Below are positions 17,080 through 30,472 of a DNA stretch of 64,000 bases, piece after piece. The DNA comes from Spizellomyces punctatus DAOM BR117 (taxonomy: Eukaryota), in assembly GCA_000182565.2 (NCBI GenBank), contig KQ257462.1; one strand, 5' to 3'. The notes below the pieces were generated by a model. It saw nothing but the letters and a program-made list of their open reading frames with translations. It did no database searches and had not been told where the DNA came from. A program made the translations under genes and the position numbers. The stretch's first letter is position 1; each line of letters starts with the position of its first letter.

Positions 17080-20014
17080 CTATCTATTAATATCCCTCTG
17101 GTTGAGCGCAAATATGACATGTGGGAGCCGTTTTGGTAAAATTTCCTCTAGCTGGCCCGTGAGCTCGCGAGAGATAATATTTTGATCGAGATTGATGCGT
17201 ACTGGCCGCCTGTCTCCGCGCTCCCTGACCTTTGATAACCCTTTTTGAAGGTCATGTACGCCTCCATCGCCGATGAAATTATCTCTTAGTGTCAATTCGG
17301 TAATGTGTGTGTCAATCAATAGTTGCGCGAACCCTTTGCAACTATCATCGCCAAGTGCTTGTCGTGAAAGGTTCAAGTGCCTTAAACTGGTATTTCGCCG
17401 CAATGTCTTTAAAAGGGCCAAGCAACCACGATCTCTTAAAACATGACCTGTGTCTGCGCCTTCCAATATCAGCTGCGAACATTGGAAACTTGGACATTGG
17501 AAAAGGGAGCCCAACGAGTGTGCTATGGACTCGTTAAACAATATGCCGCTCATGTTGAGCTCCATCACCATCAATGTGGCATTCTTTAGACCGTCCGTCA
17601 ATATTTCACAGAATTCGGCGATCCGCCTCGGTAAGAGTTTGCTAGAGGAGACATCCACACGATTCACAGTTCTGTTTGTTCCCAACAATAGGGCTTTTGC
17701 CAAGTAGACCAATGATGCGTTCAAGTCAATCTGGGAGAAATTGAAGTCCAGAATCCGGCGGTTCCCCTTAAGAACATCGATCAGAGCGACCACCCCTAGG
17801 GTAGTGAAGTGATTTCCTGAGAGCACTATCTCCGTAAGCGCACAGCTTGGGAGTTCTAGTGACTGTCCCAAGGCTCGGGCTGCTTCGTAGGCGTGTTTGT
17901 CTTCTGAAGCGATATTCCAGGATATATCGAGATACTGTAGTGTTCGATTACTACTAAGAGCACGCGCGAGCCGTATAATACCCGCTGACCCAAGACTACA
18001 ATGCGCAAGCCGTAGCCGATGTAGTAATGTTGTGCACGTTTCCAAAGTATGCCCTAGCATTTCGGCCTCATTGAGCCCTAATGGCTGTTTTGAGAGATCC
18101 AAATCGGTGAGAGGGAGCATACGGGAGGATTGCAACAGAGCTGGTCCTATCTGTCTCCACGGCGAACCACGTGGGGACGATACAATAGCCATTTTTGCGC
18201 CCTCATCGTTTCCAATATTGACTCGATGGCTTACTTTACTGTCAAGAAACGCACCAGGTAAAGGGAACACCGGTTGCCAGCCAGCGCTGGCACGTAGAGC
18301 AGGAGTCCGCACCCCATTTTTATGCACGGTCTCTTGCGACGAAGAGGTAATACCTGGTACAGTAACAAGACGTGCAACATCTTGGATCTTGACGGCATCT
18401 GAACATGGGAATTCCAGCCGTAGCGCTCGTCCTGGCACGACAAGTGCTTGCAGAAGCGGCTCCAAGATAGCAGGAGCTGGGTCCTCTACAGTTACATGAA
18501 TGGCTTTTAGATCTGGAAGTTTCTGAACAGCAGTAGCCCAAAGGCTGAGCGAACGATTGCCCGTTGAAGAATTTACAGTCAAGCTGATCTGATTCAAGTG
18601 TGTCGCCTCCATTTGCATCACTTGCAATAGCTTTGACTCAGCAGATGGTGGGAGCTCGCGACGCAGGCATTCGTCAATATAGAACTTGACGCATATTTGG
18701 CGAAGACTTTCTCGTAAATGACCTGCTTCTGACCAATTCAACAGTTTGGTATAGCTGTCCTGCTCATCGCAAGGACGCGTCGCTTGTATTTTCAGGAAAT
18801 TTCGGATCCAGATTGACGTTGTATCGAGAGATATTCGCCCGTTTGAGTTGCATTCCGCTCCCCGCAGCGGGTGTTCGCATGGATCAACTAGCTCATACTC
18901 GCTTATGCACAAGTCTCCAATACTGAGACGCTTGAGTACGTTTCGTATTAGGGGTTTTGGTAGACCACCAAAAGAAGTAATACCTAGACTTGCGAGAGTA
19001 ACTCGCTAAATAATCTATTTAACAATCGTTCAGGCCATCCATGCACTTACTATCAAAATGCGTCGCTGCATTAACAGCACACATATCCACGAGCCCAGGT
19101 AAGTCCAGGTAGACAGAGGCCTCCATGATCTCAAAAAGCAACAAGGTTTGTGGCCGATATGCTGCCGGTCGAACTGCCAAAGTCGCAAACTTCCGCGTAT
19201 ATCTTGCGGTGAGATCGGCAAACAGACTTGGCTGATGAGATTTGCACCACAACCAGTACATGTATGCTACCACTTCTGCCATTACCGCCGTAGTTGTTGT
19301 TGGGAATCTAATGACTCCTTCGAGATGCTCCTTAAATGATTCTATCAAAGAGAGATTACAACAGGTCTGTGACGGCATCTGATCGAATAGCAGCTACCTA
19401 CTAGCAGAGCAGTCAATGTGTTTGATTGTCCCCGACATATATGCAACTGCAGCCGGAAGGGCATAAATAATACATTCTTTTCTTGAAGAATCCCATCCAG
19501 AAGGTGGATACAGTTCTGGCGCATCCCCAGCAAGACGGACCCACTTGTCTCGGTCAGAAAAACATTTGTGACATGCCTCTATCAAATGGAGACGGAAATC
19601 ACAGCTTTCCGAGATTTCACTCAAATCCCCTCCATGGCTGACTTCCAATATTGTATCTCTTGGATCTTCTTTAGGTGTTATCCGCTGTGGTGTTGCGGGG
19701 AGCTGTACAACCCTTCCCGATCCCGAAGAAGAATCGCTGGATGTTGCAGTCCATTTACATTCTTGCAACATATAGATAGGACTCATGTCTCTTTTAGACT
19801 TGTTAGTACCGTTTACGACGTTGCTTCCGCAGGTTTTTGGTCCTGGAAGGTTCGGGTAATTGACAATCGATGCCTTGTCAGCGACGGTACCGAGACACAA
19901 GCCGACTTGTATAGTAGCCCCTGCACTCCAGTGAGGCCTTTCTGACTTTCCATCCCGTCGCAATAGTCGAGGTGCAATCAGCGATCTGCGAGTTGGACTC
20001 TCGCCGGGGGCCAT
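17080..20014 (-). CDS. Skp1/Elongin-C-like (BTB fold) domain fused to RNI-like LRRs; start uncertain (in-frame ATGs near 20014 and 20148)
   Basis: AAVAYMSGTIKHI / VIRFPTTTTAVMAEVVAYMYW / EIMEASVYLDLPGLVDMCA, then a 610-aa LRR exon (LQYLDISWNI, LRHLNLSRQALGD, LTLRDNFIGDGG). Confidence 0.7.
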
Positions 20015-20482
20015 CGTTCTTAAAGGAGTGCCACTTCGTTCATTACGGGAGTTCTGTATCCGCTGCGTCCTATCATTCAGACTACTCTCATCAAGTAAAC
20101 TACGATTGGCAGCATAATATCTTGCAATCTGAAAGCCCTCTGAAAGCATTTTCGCAAGCTCGACGGGTCGGAACCTGAAATGAGGAAATTGCAAAACTCT
20201 TGTATCGGAGAACTCTTGAATAAACCAAAACGTCTTAAGAGCATGTCAATTCAGTATCTTGCTGCCTACCAAATAGCAAGCGGTTTCCAGCCATGCTTTA
20301 TCAGCTCTATACATGTTGACGGTTTCAGTTCAATCGCAGGGAAGCTATCGCTTGGGAAAAAACTCCGAAAAGCGCGTCCAATTCGCGTCTGCTTACGAAA
20401 GCAGGAGAGTTGGCACAGTCATAGGAACAGAAAACGTTGATCGAGCTTGTGATGGTTGCAGTTATTTGTCCTTCGTCCAGAC

Positions 20483-22969
20483 ATGGCGACAGCCGATAAC
20501 CACGACCCAGCTTTGCGGAGAAGAAACTATGTGAAAGACGCTTCTACCTCACGTGGAATGGCCCGCGGCAGCCGAGAGTCGGGAATGGACGCAAAGCTCC
20601 GTTCTAGAGAGGAAGGACAGGGAGGTACAAGCCGGAAGCGGCCGTGGGAGAAGACAGTGGAAAGCGAGGTTGATACTGCGAGCTTAGACCTTCGGGAGCC
20701 AAAAGCGAGAAAAAAGAAGCGTGGGGGGAAGCATGCGAAGGAGAAGGAGTTGAAATGGAAAATTGCCCATGGACTTGTCGACGCTGATAATCAAAACGTG
20801 GAAGCGGTAAACCAGGGAGCGGTGGCCACTTTGTCAGGGGCCTTCCATCCACACAACTCTGACAACAATGTGAACACTGCTTTGGATGATGGGGTAGCAG
20901 CTAGCGGTGGCCTATCTGATGCAACCACTAGCTTTTCGACACAAGTCAAACGATCCAAACCTTCGAAGACAGCTGGACTACCTGCTTGGATTTCTAACCC
21001 CCTTACCATCCCGGCCCAAATAACGAAGTCATCAGAAAGCGACGTTGCCGATATCCGTTGGGGGCTTTCCCCAAGAATTCTAGCCCGGCTCCGCGAAAAA
21101 GATATCTCCCACCTATTCCCTGTACAGATGGCTGTCCTCCCTCGCTTGCTCAAAACTCGCCATTCATCAGCATCCATTCCTCCCGGGGATATCTGTGTTT
21201 CAGCGCCAACCGGGTCGGGAAAGACGCTGGCGTATGCCCTCCCTATTGTGGAGGCACTTCTTGATCGCATAATTCCACGTCTTCGTGCGCTCGTAGTCCT
21301 TCCAACCCGAGATCTTGCGGCGCAAGTTAAGGCCACATTTGATATGCTTCTTCGCGGAAGCGACTTACGGGCTCTGCTTATCACAGGGCAAACTCCTTTC
21401 GCCTTAGAACAGCAGCAGCTTGTAGCCAGTGAAGCCTGGGAGGTGGCAACAGAGGAACATGGCTCAGGCAAAGTGGATATCGTAGTTGCAACGCCAGGGA
21501 GGCTGATGGATCACTTGCGAGGAACAAAAGGATTCACATTACGGCATCTGAGATATCTGGTGATCGATGAAGCCGATAGGCTTCTCAATCAGAGCTATCA
21601 GGATTGGTTGACCCATGTCCTTGCGGCAGCCGTAGCCCAGCCAGAGAGGAACCTTGCGGATGGGATAGTGTCCGAATTCGGTGAGGCGACTTCAGCTACG
21701 TGTGAACCTCAACTCGATGAAAATGAATTCCTTTTACATAAGACTGCTACTTGGCGTCGGTCTCAGATTGTTGACGGCAAGGTCTCAGCTGCTCATTCCT
21801 CTATTCCTTCCGTGCATCACTACACTCCTCTCCAAAAATTACTTTTTTCCGCCACTTTAACGCGGAATCCAGCCAAGATCGCATCTCTCAATTTGTATGA
21901 TCCTGTTTATATTGCCGTGGCTCCAGCAGGTTCAGCCTCAACCGATTTACAGCAGGAAACCGTTGTTGAGCGATTGACTACTGATGCACGCTTCGTTGCT
22001 CCGCATACATTGAGTGAACGAATGATAGTGTGCACTTCCGCGGGCGAAAAACCACTAATGCTATTACACCTGCTCTGCAATCTCGGACTGACCGGTGCGT
22101 TAGTTTTTACCAAGTCCGTTGAAGCAGCGCATCGGCTGGCAGCATTGCTCCAGCTTTTTTCCTCGTCCTACGAGATGCCTGAAAGCAGTAGCGAGGATGA
22201 GAGCACTGAAGGAGGTGCCGTAAAAGAAGCTAAATCCGCGAGCACAATTGCTCAAGCCTTTTCATCCGATCTTCCGCCTTCTGAAAGAAAGCGTCTTCTA
22301 TCCTCCTTCAGGGATGGAAAGCTCACCGCACTAATTTGTTCAGATGTGATGGCTCGCGGAATGGATTTGGGCGAAAGTGTCAAAGCCGTCGTCAACTACG
22401 ATGTACCGACGCGCGTAAAGACGTACGTTCATCGAATCGGTCGTACCGCTCGAGCCGGGCGCGTGGGAGTCGCTTACACCATCTTGGAGGATAGAGAAGT
22501 AAGATGGTTTAAGGGAGAGATGGCAAAAGTTGAACGCTCTGGAAGTGAGAAAGTCGAGAAGTTAAAAGTAGTCTCGGATGACGTGGAAGGCCTTACCGCG
22601 CCATATCAAAAGGCCTTGGCGGAACTTGGAGGTCTGGTGAAAGGAAACCATGTGGAGAATGAACATCCAGGAGGGTCATCTGATTCTGAATCTGACTCAA
22701 GTGATAACGAGTCAGATACCAGTGCAGACGAGATTAGTGGGGAGGATACCGTAGATAGTGGCAGTGAAGAAAGTGAAGAGGAGAGTGGATCTCCTCAAGG
22801 TAGGGGAACGGACGACACGACGGAACACTCAATGATAAATATGGACCGAGAAGTGTCCGTTTCTGACTCCCGTCTGCTGCATGAAAACACTGGCCGGTTG
22901 GAGGCAGCCTTGAAGTCGGCAGCCGAATTCGTCAGCTCGTCTGGTGGGACATTGAATTGGTGGTCATAG
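20483..22969 (+). CDS. DBP6: DEAD-box RNA helicase Dbp6/DDX51, intronless
   Basis: LFPVQMAV, GDICVSAPTGSGKT, PTRDLA, TPGRL, DEADRLLNQSYQDW, LQKLLFSATLTRNP, ARGMD, HRIGRTARAG. Confidence 0.92.
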   Translation: MATADNHDPALRRRNYVKDASTSRGMARGSRESGMDAKLRSREEGQGGTSRKRPWEKTVESEVDTASLDLREPKARKKKRGGKHAKEKELKWKIAHGLVDADNQNVEAVNQGAVATLSGAFHPHNSDNNVNTALDDGVAASGGLSDATTSFSTQVKRSKPSKTAGLPAWISNPLTIPAQITKSSESDVADIRWGLSPRILARLREKDISHLFPVQMAVLPRLLKTRHSSASIPPGDICVSAPTGSGKTLAYALPIVEALLDRIIPRLRALVVLPTRDLAAQVKATFDMLLRGSDLRALLITGQTPFALEQQQLVASEAWEVATEEHGSGKVDIVVATPGRLMDHLRGTKGFTLRHLRYLVIDEADRLLNQSYQDWLTHVLAAAVAQPERNLADGIVSEFGEATSATCEPQLDENEFLLHKTATWRRSQIVDGKVSAAHSSIPSVHHYTPLQKLLFSATLTRNPAKIASLNLYDPVYIAVAPAGSASTDLQQETVVERLTTDARFVAPHTLSERMIVCTSAGEKPLMLLHLLCNLGLTGALVFTKSVEAAHRLAALLQLFSSSYEMPESSSEDESTEGGAVKEAKSASTIAQAFSSDLPPSERKRLLSSFRDGKLTALICSDVMARGMDLGESVKAVVNYDVPTRVKTYVHRIGRTARAGRVGVAYTILEDREVRWFKGEMAKVERSGSEKVEKLKVVSDDVEGLTAPYQKALAELGGLVKGNHVENEHPGGSSDSESDSSDNESDTSADEISGEDTVDSGSEESEEESGSPQGRGTDDTTEHSMINMDREVSVSDSRLLHENTGRLEAALKSAAEFVSSSGGTLNWWS

Positions 22970-23090
22970 TGATCAGATTTAGAGCAAAAGCATCTTGTAT
23001 ATAGAATTTAGCATAGTTACATAATCTTTTCTTGCCGCTACCTTTAGAGGCCGCCTACAGGAATGTACTATATAGTGTCTAAATAACAAA

Positions 23091-25829
23091 TCAGAGGCCT
23101 ATCCAATATGAACGTCCTCCGATATTGTGAATGGTCGATGCCCCTCCAACCAGTGCGGTCTCAGGGGTAGAATCACTAGCAGGTAGAACGGGGACAGCCG
23201 CCCATTCGTACCAGACCTTCCTCGCGTCGCACATCCGCCAGAAATGCAACTCTATGCTTGACCCGGTTGACAGGTAAAGCGGCACCTTTACAGATGTGAG
23301 AAGAATTGACAGAGAAGCGACCTGCTTTAACCTACTGTACCTTCAAGGGAAAGAAAATGGGGAACCAACTGAACATTCCAGGAGAGTGCGTTTTTGGATG
23401 GATGCTGATCATTACGTCTTTGTAAAGGATAGCCTCGAAATAACCTGCAATACCATGCTATGTCAAGGGTTTTAGGCATTGTCATCCGTTAAGGAAACAA
23501 CGAATATGTCACTCACCATCATCGCATCCTGTGAAATTTGGAATCTTTGTTTTGAGTATCGGTTGTTATGCTCATTAAAATTGGGGCTTCCTGTGCTCTC
23601 AGTATTAGTGAAGATCTTTCATCAATTAAACCCAAACGGGAAGGCACCTGGTTCCAACTTCAGTCCGCGATGAGGATGTTCGAAAGTCCACACAGGAAGT
23701 GGCGCGCCTATTACGAGCAGTGCAGATGTTTGTCTTTGGCGCGAGAATGAGCATCAAGTTCGGAACAGACCTAGCTCGTGGACCGCTCGGAACTTCACCA
23801 CATATGGCGTTTCCAAATGAGCATTGTCACCGTAAGAAGAGACTTCGTGGTACAACTTGGTCGACGATAAGGGGGAAACAAATGCAGTATAACTGGATGG
23901 TATTGAAATTCCGTTCTCTATATATATTCGCAATCAATGTCTGCTGCTGCACTTTGCTCGTAGTTGCACTGACTGCACGCAAACTACTCATACCTTTGAG
24001 AAAGCGTTGAGCTCCATCCAAGCATTCCGGCGACAGCTCGTTATCTACATAATAACTGTGAGCGGTATCTGCCAGGTACGATTGCTAATAACAGCTACTG
24101 ACCTCCAAAGGATCCCAAAAGTTCACTGACCAAAATGTCCGCCTGCTCTGGAGCCTCCCAGTATCGCATATCGCAATGGATCACATCAACTAGGTCTTCC
24201 CATTCAGATTCCTTTCTGCATCTCAGACTGATATGACATCGATTAGTTACCTCAAGAACAACAAAGAACAGGTAGCTCCAGTCTTACGTAACAACAGCGT
24301 TCGGATTCTTCTCTATCGCATAGACTTTGACCTTGCGATTTGAAGCTACAGCGGCTTGAAGAGCACGTTGTACCAAGGGCCCCCTTCCTGCCCCCACCAC
24401 CATTATAACCCTGCGATGGCCAAATCTAAACAATAATTCACTGTGGCACAAAAAGAGAGGTACGTACGTCACCCTATCCGAACCGTCAGGCACTCGGTCG
24501 AGCAAAGCTCTATATATTGCCTGACGAGCGACATACTGCGTGTTAGCAAAGATTGCTTTAATGCATCCGCACATCCTACCAACCCTCTCGTATTCTTGAT
24601 ATTTGATTGGATCTTTCTCAAAGACCTCGTAAGTCGCTGATTCCAGATTATCCATCAGCGGCTACAGATGTGGTTAACGGCATAATCTCAGATAAAGCCT
24701 CAGCTGGGCCAATACCTGTAAGGGCTGCTGCAAGTAACTGGAAAGAAGGTGTGATTCATTCTTGTTGTAAGAATCACCAGTCTCATTCTCTAAACTCACT
24801 CATGATAGCCACTGGCAAATTTGTCGACAACATCTGGCTCCGGTCGCGTTCGATATAGGTGCTGGATATACTGCTGATATGCTGGAAGCCCTCCTGACGG
24901 GTGAATATTTTCGTCCGCTGATTTCGCGCTAACGACAAATTGAACATTTTGCTGTGTATAATGTAGGTTAAAATCGAAATGACATCGAGATGTATAGAGC
25001 AAGAGGTCTCACCTCCATCAGTTTCCGAACAAACGACTGATGTCGCTTGCTTAAGACCGGGAATCCTCTATTGTTCGCTATGAAGGCCGAAGTTGGCAGA
25101 ATAACAGCTTTCACTGGTTCAGCCAGCCATTGCAGTAGTAATGACTCTTCAGGCAGTTCGGCAGGAAGCTCCAACGCTAACAGCGGTTCCGATTAAAGGC
25201 TATTCATTAGGAAACGGTGGCAAGATGTGCCATACCAACGGAAAGCTTCGTATTGTGTTCACATAGGGTGCGCAAAAGGTTCCATTTCTTCCACGAGTCC
25301 CCATCTTCGCTTTCTATGCAAATGCGCACCCAAGCCTATATGACAAGGGTACTTCAGGACGTGTACGCTTCGAATCGCTAACAGGTTTGCTACCAACCTG
25401 CGTATAAGATAACATCGACAGCGTATGATTCACGGCTCTCGCAAAGTTTACACCCGCTCCCGTAGTTGGATATGAAAATAATACAGCAGATAAGCCCAAG
25501 TGGGTGGCCCATTGCACTTGTCGCTTGACGAGTGCTTCACATTTCTGCTGCAGAATTTCTACTCCAGAGTCCAGTGCATCACAAGCGGAGATTCCACCCA
25601 AGACAAACCCCGCGTAAGTCGCGTTTGTCACTTGCAGATCGCTAGGAAAGAATGACTGTCCAACCGACTGATCGCCGGCCAAAATTGCTTCTTGAACACC
25701 AGGTCGCAGAAGTTGCAAAACGCCGAAGCTGTAACCAGCTTCAGTGCTGACAGCACCGAGCACAGTCGCATCTGTAGCAGAAGCTAGTTCCAAGCCTACT
25801 GAAAGCCCGCCCCCTTCTACTGAAGCCAT
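23091..25829 (-). CDS. PRMT5: Protein arginine N-methyltransferase 5 (Skb1/Hsl7), multi-exon
   Basis: [74 protein letters not shown]. Confidence 0.95.
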
Positions 25830-26329
25830 GTTGTGCAATAAGATAATGATCTTGGCAATCTCTCGCACTTTAAAGTTGAGAAGTTTGGGTGCACGTGATC
25901 TAGGACATTGTGGCTTTCCAACCACTGTATTCGGCATTAAGAATGAATTGACAATTTAAACACATAGCGAACGTGAGAGTCGTAGTGTGATTTTAATGGC
26001 GGAGGGATTTTGTAGTATCATTTAATGTCGGATCTCGACCAATTGTGGTCAAGAATGAATTCGGGTGTTGTGAATTTTAAGCGCTCGTGGATTAGATATC
26101 GGATTGATTTGAGCTTGTTTGCCATCTATGGATACATGTACATTGAGGAGTATTTGATGATGTGTCTGCAACTTTATTGCTCAGTTTATTTATTGCACTC
26201 GTGGCAGATGATAGCAAATAGTCATGATTTTCGATACGAGAGATATCCAGTACTGCTCACGTGATATATTGCTGTACACGTCAACAGGACGCCGCGATCG
26301 TTGGTGGTGGTTGCGTTCACAGTTCAGCA

Positions 26330-29253
26330 ATGATTGGCGTATGGTGTCTCCTACCTATTTTCTTGATTGCAACTGTTACAGCCAAGGCGCCAAAGTTCTC
26401 TACTTCCGGGCTTTTTGATGTTGATGTGGGTCTCGGAGACGTGGATGGGGTGGTTGCTGCCTTTGGAGATGTGGATGGCGACAAATTGTATGCTTATCGT
26501 TTTGCCCACTAAATGAGCAACAGAGCAGGAATAAATCTCACTTTGGCCGTTTCCTCACTAGCACCGACGTTTTTGTATTAAATACTGCACAAACGAGGGC
26601 GACTGTGTTTCGTTGGGATCACGGTGGGTCCTTTTTGTCAATCAATCTAGGGAGAAGTTATTACAATTGGCTTATCTGACATTATCTGTATTTCCTCGAT
26701 ACTGCAGCAAGCTTTCGTTTTCAAAAACTTCCTGAAACGGAAGTTTCATTAGACCCTACCCACCCGGAGGATCTAATCATCACTAGTGTAATCCCGGGCG
26801 ATTTTGATTATGATGGCAAGCTCGACGTCCTCCTAATGGGCCAGAAAAATCCAGCCGGTGCCCCGAATGGCGATTTGACGATGAGAATATTTTACGGAAA
26901 TGGGGCGGACGCTTTCAGTAAGTTTCAAGACCGTAACTATCCGAAGTAACGACGAGTTCACGAATTTGCGCACCAGATCGCACACACTTTTTAGAACTGA
27001 CTCCCTCTACGGCAACGCAACCCTTTGTGCTGGACTTCAATGGCAACATGCGGTCGGAGCTACTGGGTTACCCGTCATCCCGAGATGGGCACCTGTCACT
27101 GTGGGCACCGGCGAGTGGAAACGGGACCGCGTACGTTATTTTCAGCGAGCACTGATCGTCATCACAGTGTGGGCTCATTATTGTTTTCCTACAGGGTAGA
27201 CGTGAAACTCAATCAATCCTCTACCCATGAGTGCACGATTACTCGTCCACACTCAAATGCATTTCTTGACCTCAATGGGGATTGCTTGGCAGGTGCGGGG
27301 CACCATTACTTCATGATCTATATGGTATCAGGAAGTATTTCTTATAACCAGTTCAATTTCAGACATGTTTGTTACATGCCAAGGTAGCGGGAACACGCCA
27401 AACAAGTTTCAAATCTGGTTGAATACGAAAACGGATGGTTTCCACTTTGGAATGGAGCAAACACTGCCTGCTGGTTCCGGTCAAATAACCTTTGCAGATA
27501 TGGGTATGAATCTCTGTTGTGGTGAATTGATTTTATAGTAGGCAAGGAGTTTACCAATGTATCATAGACGGCGACGGCACCTTGGATATGGTCTTCCCCT
27601 CATGTGACAACCGTCAATGCTTCATTCACATTGTTCATAATAAGCAAATACCCCTTTGTACTACCACGAATCTGGAGAACTGTCGGAATCCACATGACTT
27701 GTGCAAGGCCGATGAGTCGTTCACCTTCGACTTCAGAGAGGATTCCGGGGTAGTTATGATAGCTGCCATTGCCCTTTTTACTGCGGCACTCGTTGACGAT
27801 GACTTTCTAGAACCATGTGAAGATTCCACTGGGGGCTATCTTGCAAGATGATGAGAAGCTTGTTCTCAACATTGACACCATGAAGGGAAAGCAGCCTGTC
27901 CCATTGCGAATCGGTAAGCAGCTATTTACTAGTCCAGGGTGCTGGCCCCGTACTGAATTATCGTCAACCAACAGGGGATTACAATAATGATGGTTACCCG
28001 GATCTGCTTGCGACAACATCCAAAGCCATTCGGTTGTTAGCCTCTGTTCCATGCAGTTCGGAGCTTTGCGGTGCAGCAGGGGTTTCGTCGAAGCGCCGGG
28101 CATTTGAGAATGTGGACACAGGTGCCGACCTCCTAACAAGTTCGCCCAGTAACATGCTATTGGCCACCTTCATGGATTTGGATGAAGATGTAATTAGGAC
28201 CTGGAGCATCGTGCGATTTGGCAACAACTGACTCCCATGGAATAGGGAACACTTGATATATTCGTCAGCACTTTATCAGGAGGTAGATATCGGACATATG
28301 CGCTATTCAACAACTTCTACAACGATGCCTTTTTCTTAAAAGCACTTGGTAAGAAATAAGCTAATCGTGTTGAGATAAAGGCTTTGGAGCTAAACGCATC
28401 TCAAACTCTGCAGTGTCGAATGGTGTTTGTCCAGGGTGGTGTCCCAATGGTGTAAAGTCTCCAGTGCCCAAGGTCGGTGTGCATTGAGCCCAGTCACGTA
28501 CCGGCCAGTGAATAAATATCTCGTTTTTTAGCCTTACGGAGTAAATTATGCGGGTGCTAGCTTCAAGTACACAGTATTCGACACGTCGGGAAATAGGCGG
28601 GCCACCCAAGGTTGGCATTTTTTGAGCGCGATACTCTCATGGGAAGGTGTGCTCTAATTTTTTTTGTTGTACTTCAGCGGCACAATTGTCGCAGTCGTCC
28701 TACTTTGCACTTCAGACGCCGTATTCACTCTTTGGGCTGGGTCGAACTAACAACTATATTGAGGATCTGTTTGTTGGAGTGACGCGGCGAAAGGTATTGC
28801 AAACGTGCACAGGATAATATCATCAATATCTGGCCGTCCTTAATGCCTCCTCTCTAGGCTGCTAACGTAGCAGTGTATCAAGGAGTAATTCCAAATTCGC
28901 AACTCATCGTGATTCCGTACGAGGAGAAGCCGAGTGATACTCCGGATACGTAAGTGCTCCAGTTTGCGAAAACAGATGCTTTCCTGAGAAACAGAAACTG
29001 ACCCTTGGTCTCCAGTTGGCGACTTGAGTTATATATCAATCCTAGTTCCGCCTCGAAATCCGTAATGCTGGTGCTCTGCACCTCTTTAGTGATATTGGTA
29101 TCCGTTGTTGGATTTCTACACTGGATGGAAAAGGTAATATCAAGATGTCGCGCCGTCATCTCTTTCGGTCCTGACATTGTTCACGCCAAACAGAGAGAAG
29201 ACGAGAGGGAACGACGAAAGGCGCTACATGCGATCAATTTTGATGCTCTTTGA
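26330..29253 (+). CDS. ITFG1: LINKIN/ITFG1 (T-cell immunomodulatory protein)-like FG-GAP membrane protein, multi-exon
   Basis: Signal peptide, AAFGDVDGDK, PGDFDYDGKLD, PHSNAFLDLNGDCLA, FGLGRTNNYIE, C-terminal TM then EKREDERERRKALHAINFDAL*. Confidence 0.92.
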
Positions 29254-29506
29254 TCCCCTTGGGATGATCTCATCTTGTAGATACTTTAATTTATTGCAAT
29301 ACAGCATTGGAACATTTGGGTTGTCAGACTCGCGCCTGCATGATCCCGTTCCAGCGGTTGGGTTGACCGAATATTGTCGGCCAAACTGAGCGAAGCGGCA
29401 AAGAAGGAAAGCGCGCATTCCGTATTACAACTTCCACACGCATATATATTACATTATTACTTGAGGTTACTTCTGAAGACCTCTTTACATACATGATGGG
29501 CAGTAT

Positions 29507-30304
29507 TTACATTGCGCCCGATATTTGCAACATCTGCCGTAATGTTTCATTTTCCTTGGCCATCCCGCTCACCACCATATCCATATCCACCTCGTCCACA
29601 CTGACGGCTTCGCGGATGACTCGCATACAGGAATCAAGTTGCTCTTGCAGTGTCTTATTTTCTGTACGCAGTGTAGTGTTGATCGCCTTGGAGACATCAT
29701 GATTGGTATAAGCCAGTACACCGATACAATAGTAAAGTAAAAGAAAGGGTCGCACCCGCTCCTCTTCCAGTGTCCGCTCCAGCTTGAGTTGCAGCTCGCG
29801 TTTCTCTTTTTGTATTGATTGCTGCGATGTGAGGTAAATACAACGTCCAGTCTAGCAGCAGTCTCCGAGATAGTTCACGAACCGCCTGAGACCGAAATTT
29901 AGACATTACTATCTCTAGTGTTGACTCGTATTGCTTTATAAGCTGATTCAATAGCTGGTTTTCTTTCTGTAACTCGGCATACCGAGTGTCGTATTCTGAC
30001 AACACGTCGCGTGAGCGCCGAGCTCGCCAAGCAAAACTCTGTGGATGCCCGTCATGGGAATGGGCCTTTTCCACATTGGAGCATACCTGCGAAAGGAAAG
30101 GGTGGTGGTTCACGCTGAGCTCCTAGCTTCTGCGGGTCTCCCTGCTATGAGAAAGTTGAGTTGAGAAATATACAGGCAAGCTTAACGACAAGAATACACC
30201 TCTAAGCTGTTGACTCGCGCAGTGAGCTCTTTGACTAGGACTCGTGTTGCCTGCCATTTGCTGGTTATGAGTTCCAACGTTTCTCTAATGCCATCGTCTG
30301 CCAT
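29507..30304 (-). CDS. SIKE/FGFR1OP2-family coiled-coil protein (STRIPAK subunit), multi-exon
   Basis: ELQKENQLLNQLIKQYESTLEIVMSKFRSQ and ENETLRQMLQIS match the SIKE-family pattern; 3' end may extend to about 29457 via a short intron. Confidence 0.7.
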
Positions 30305-30472
30305 ACTCCCAGACAGGGGAGATGATCTGGCCAGGATTCCCAAGACCACAACGCTCGGCAGCTCAAGCATCACGTGACAATTATTTGCAAACGAAGCACC
30401 CATATTTCCTTTATACAATGTTTGTACAAGTCCATTTCTCTGCTCTATACATATACCTATACAAAAAGATGC

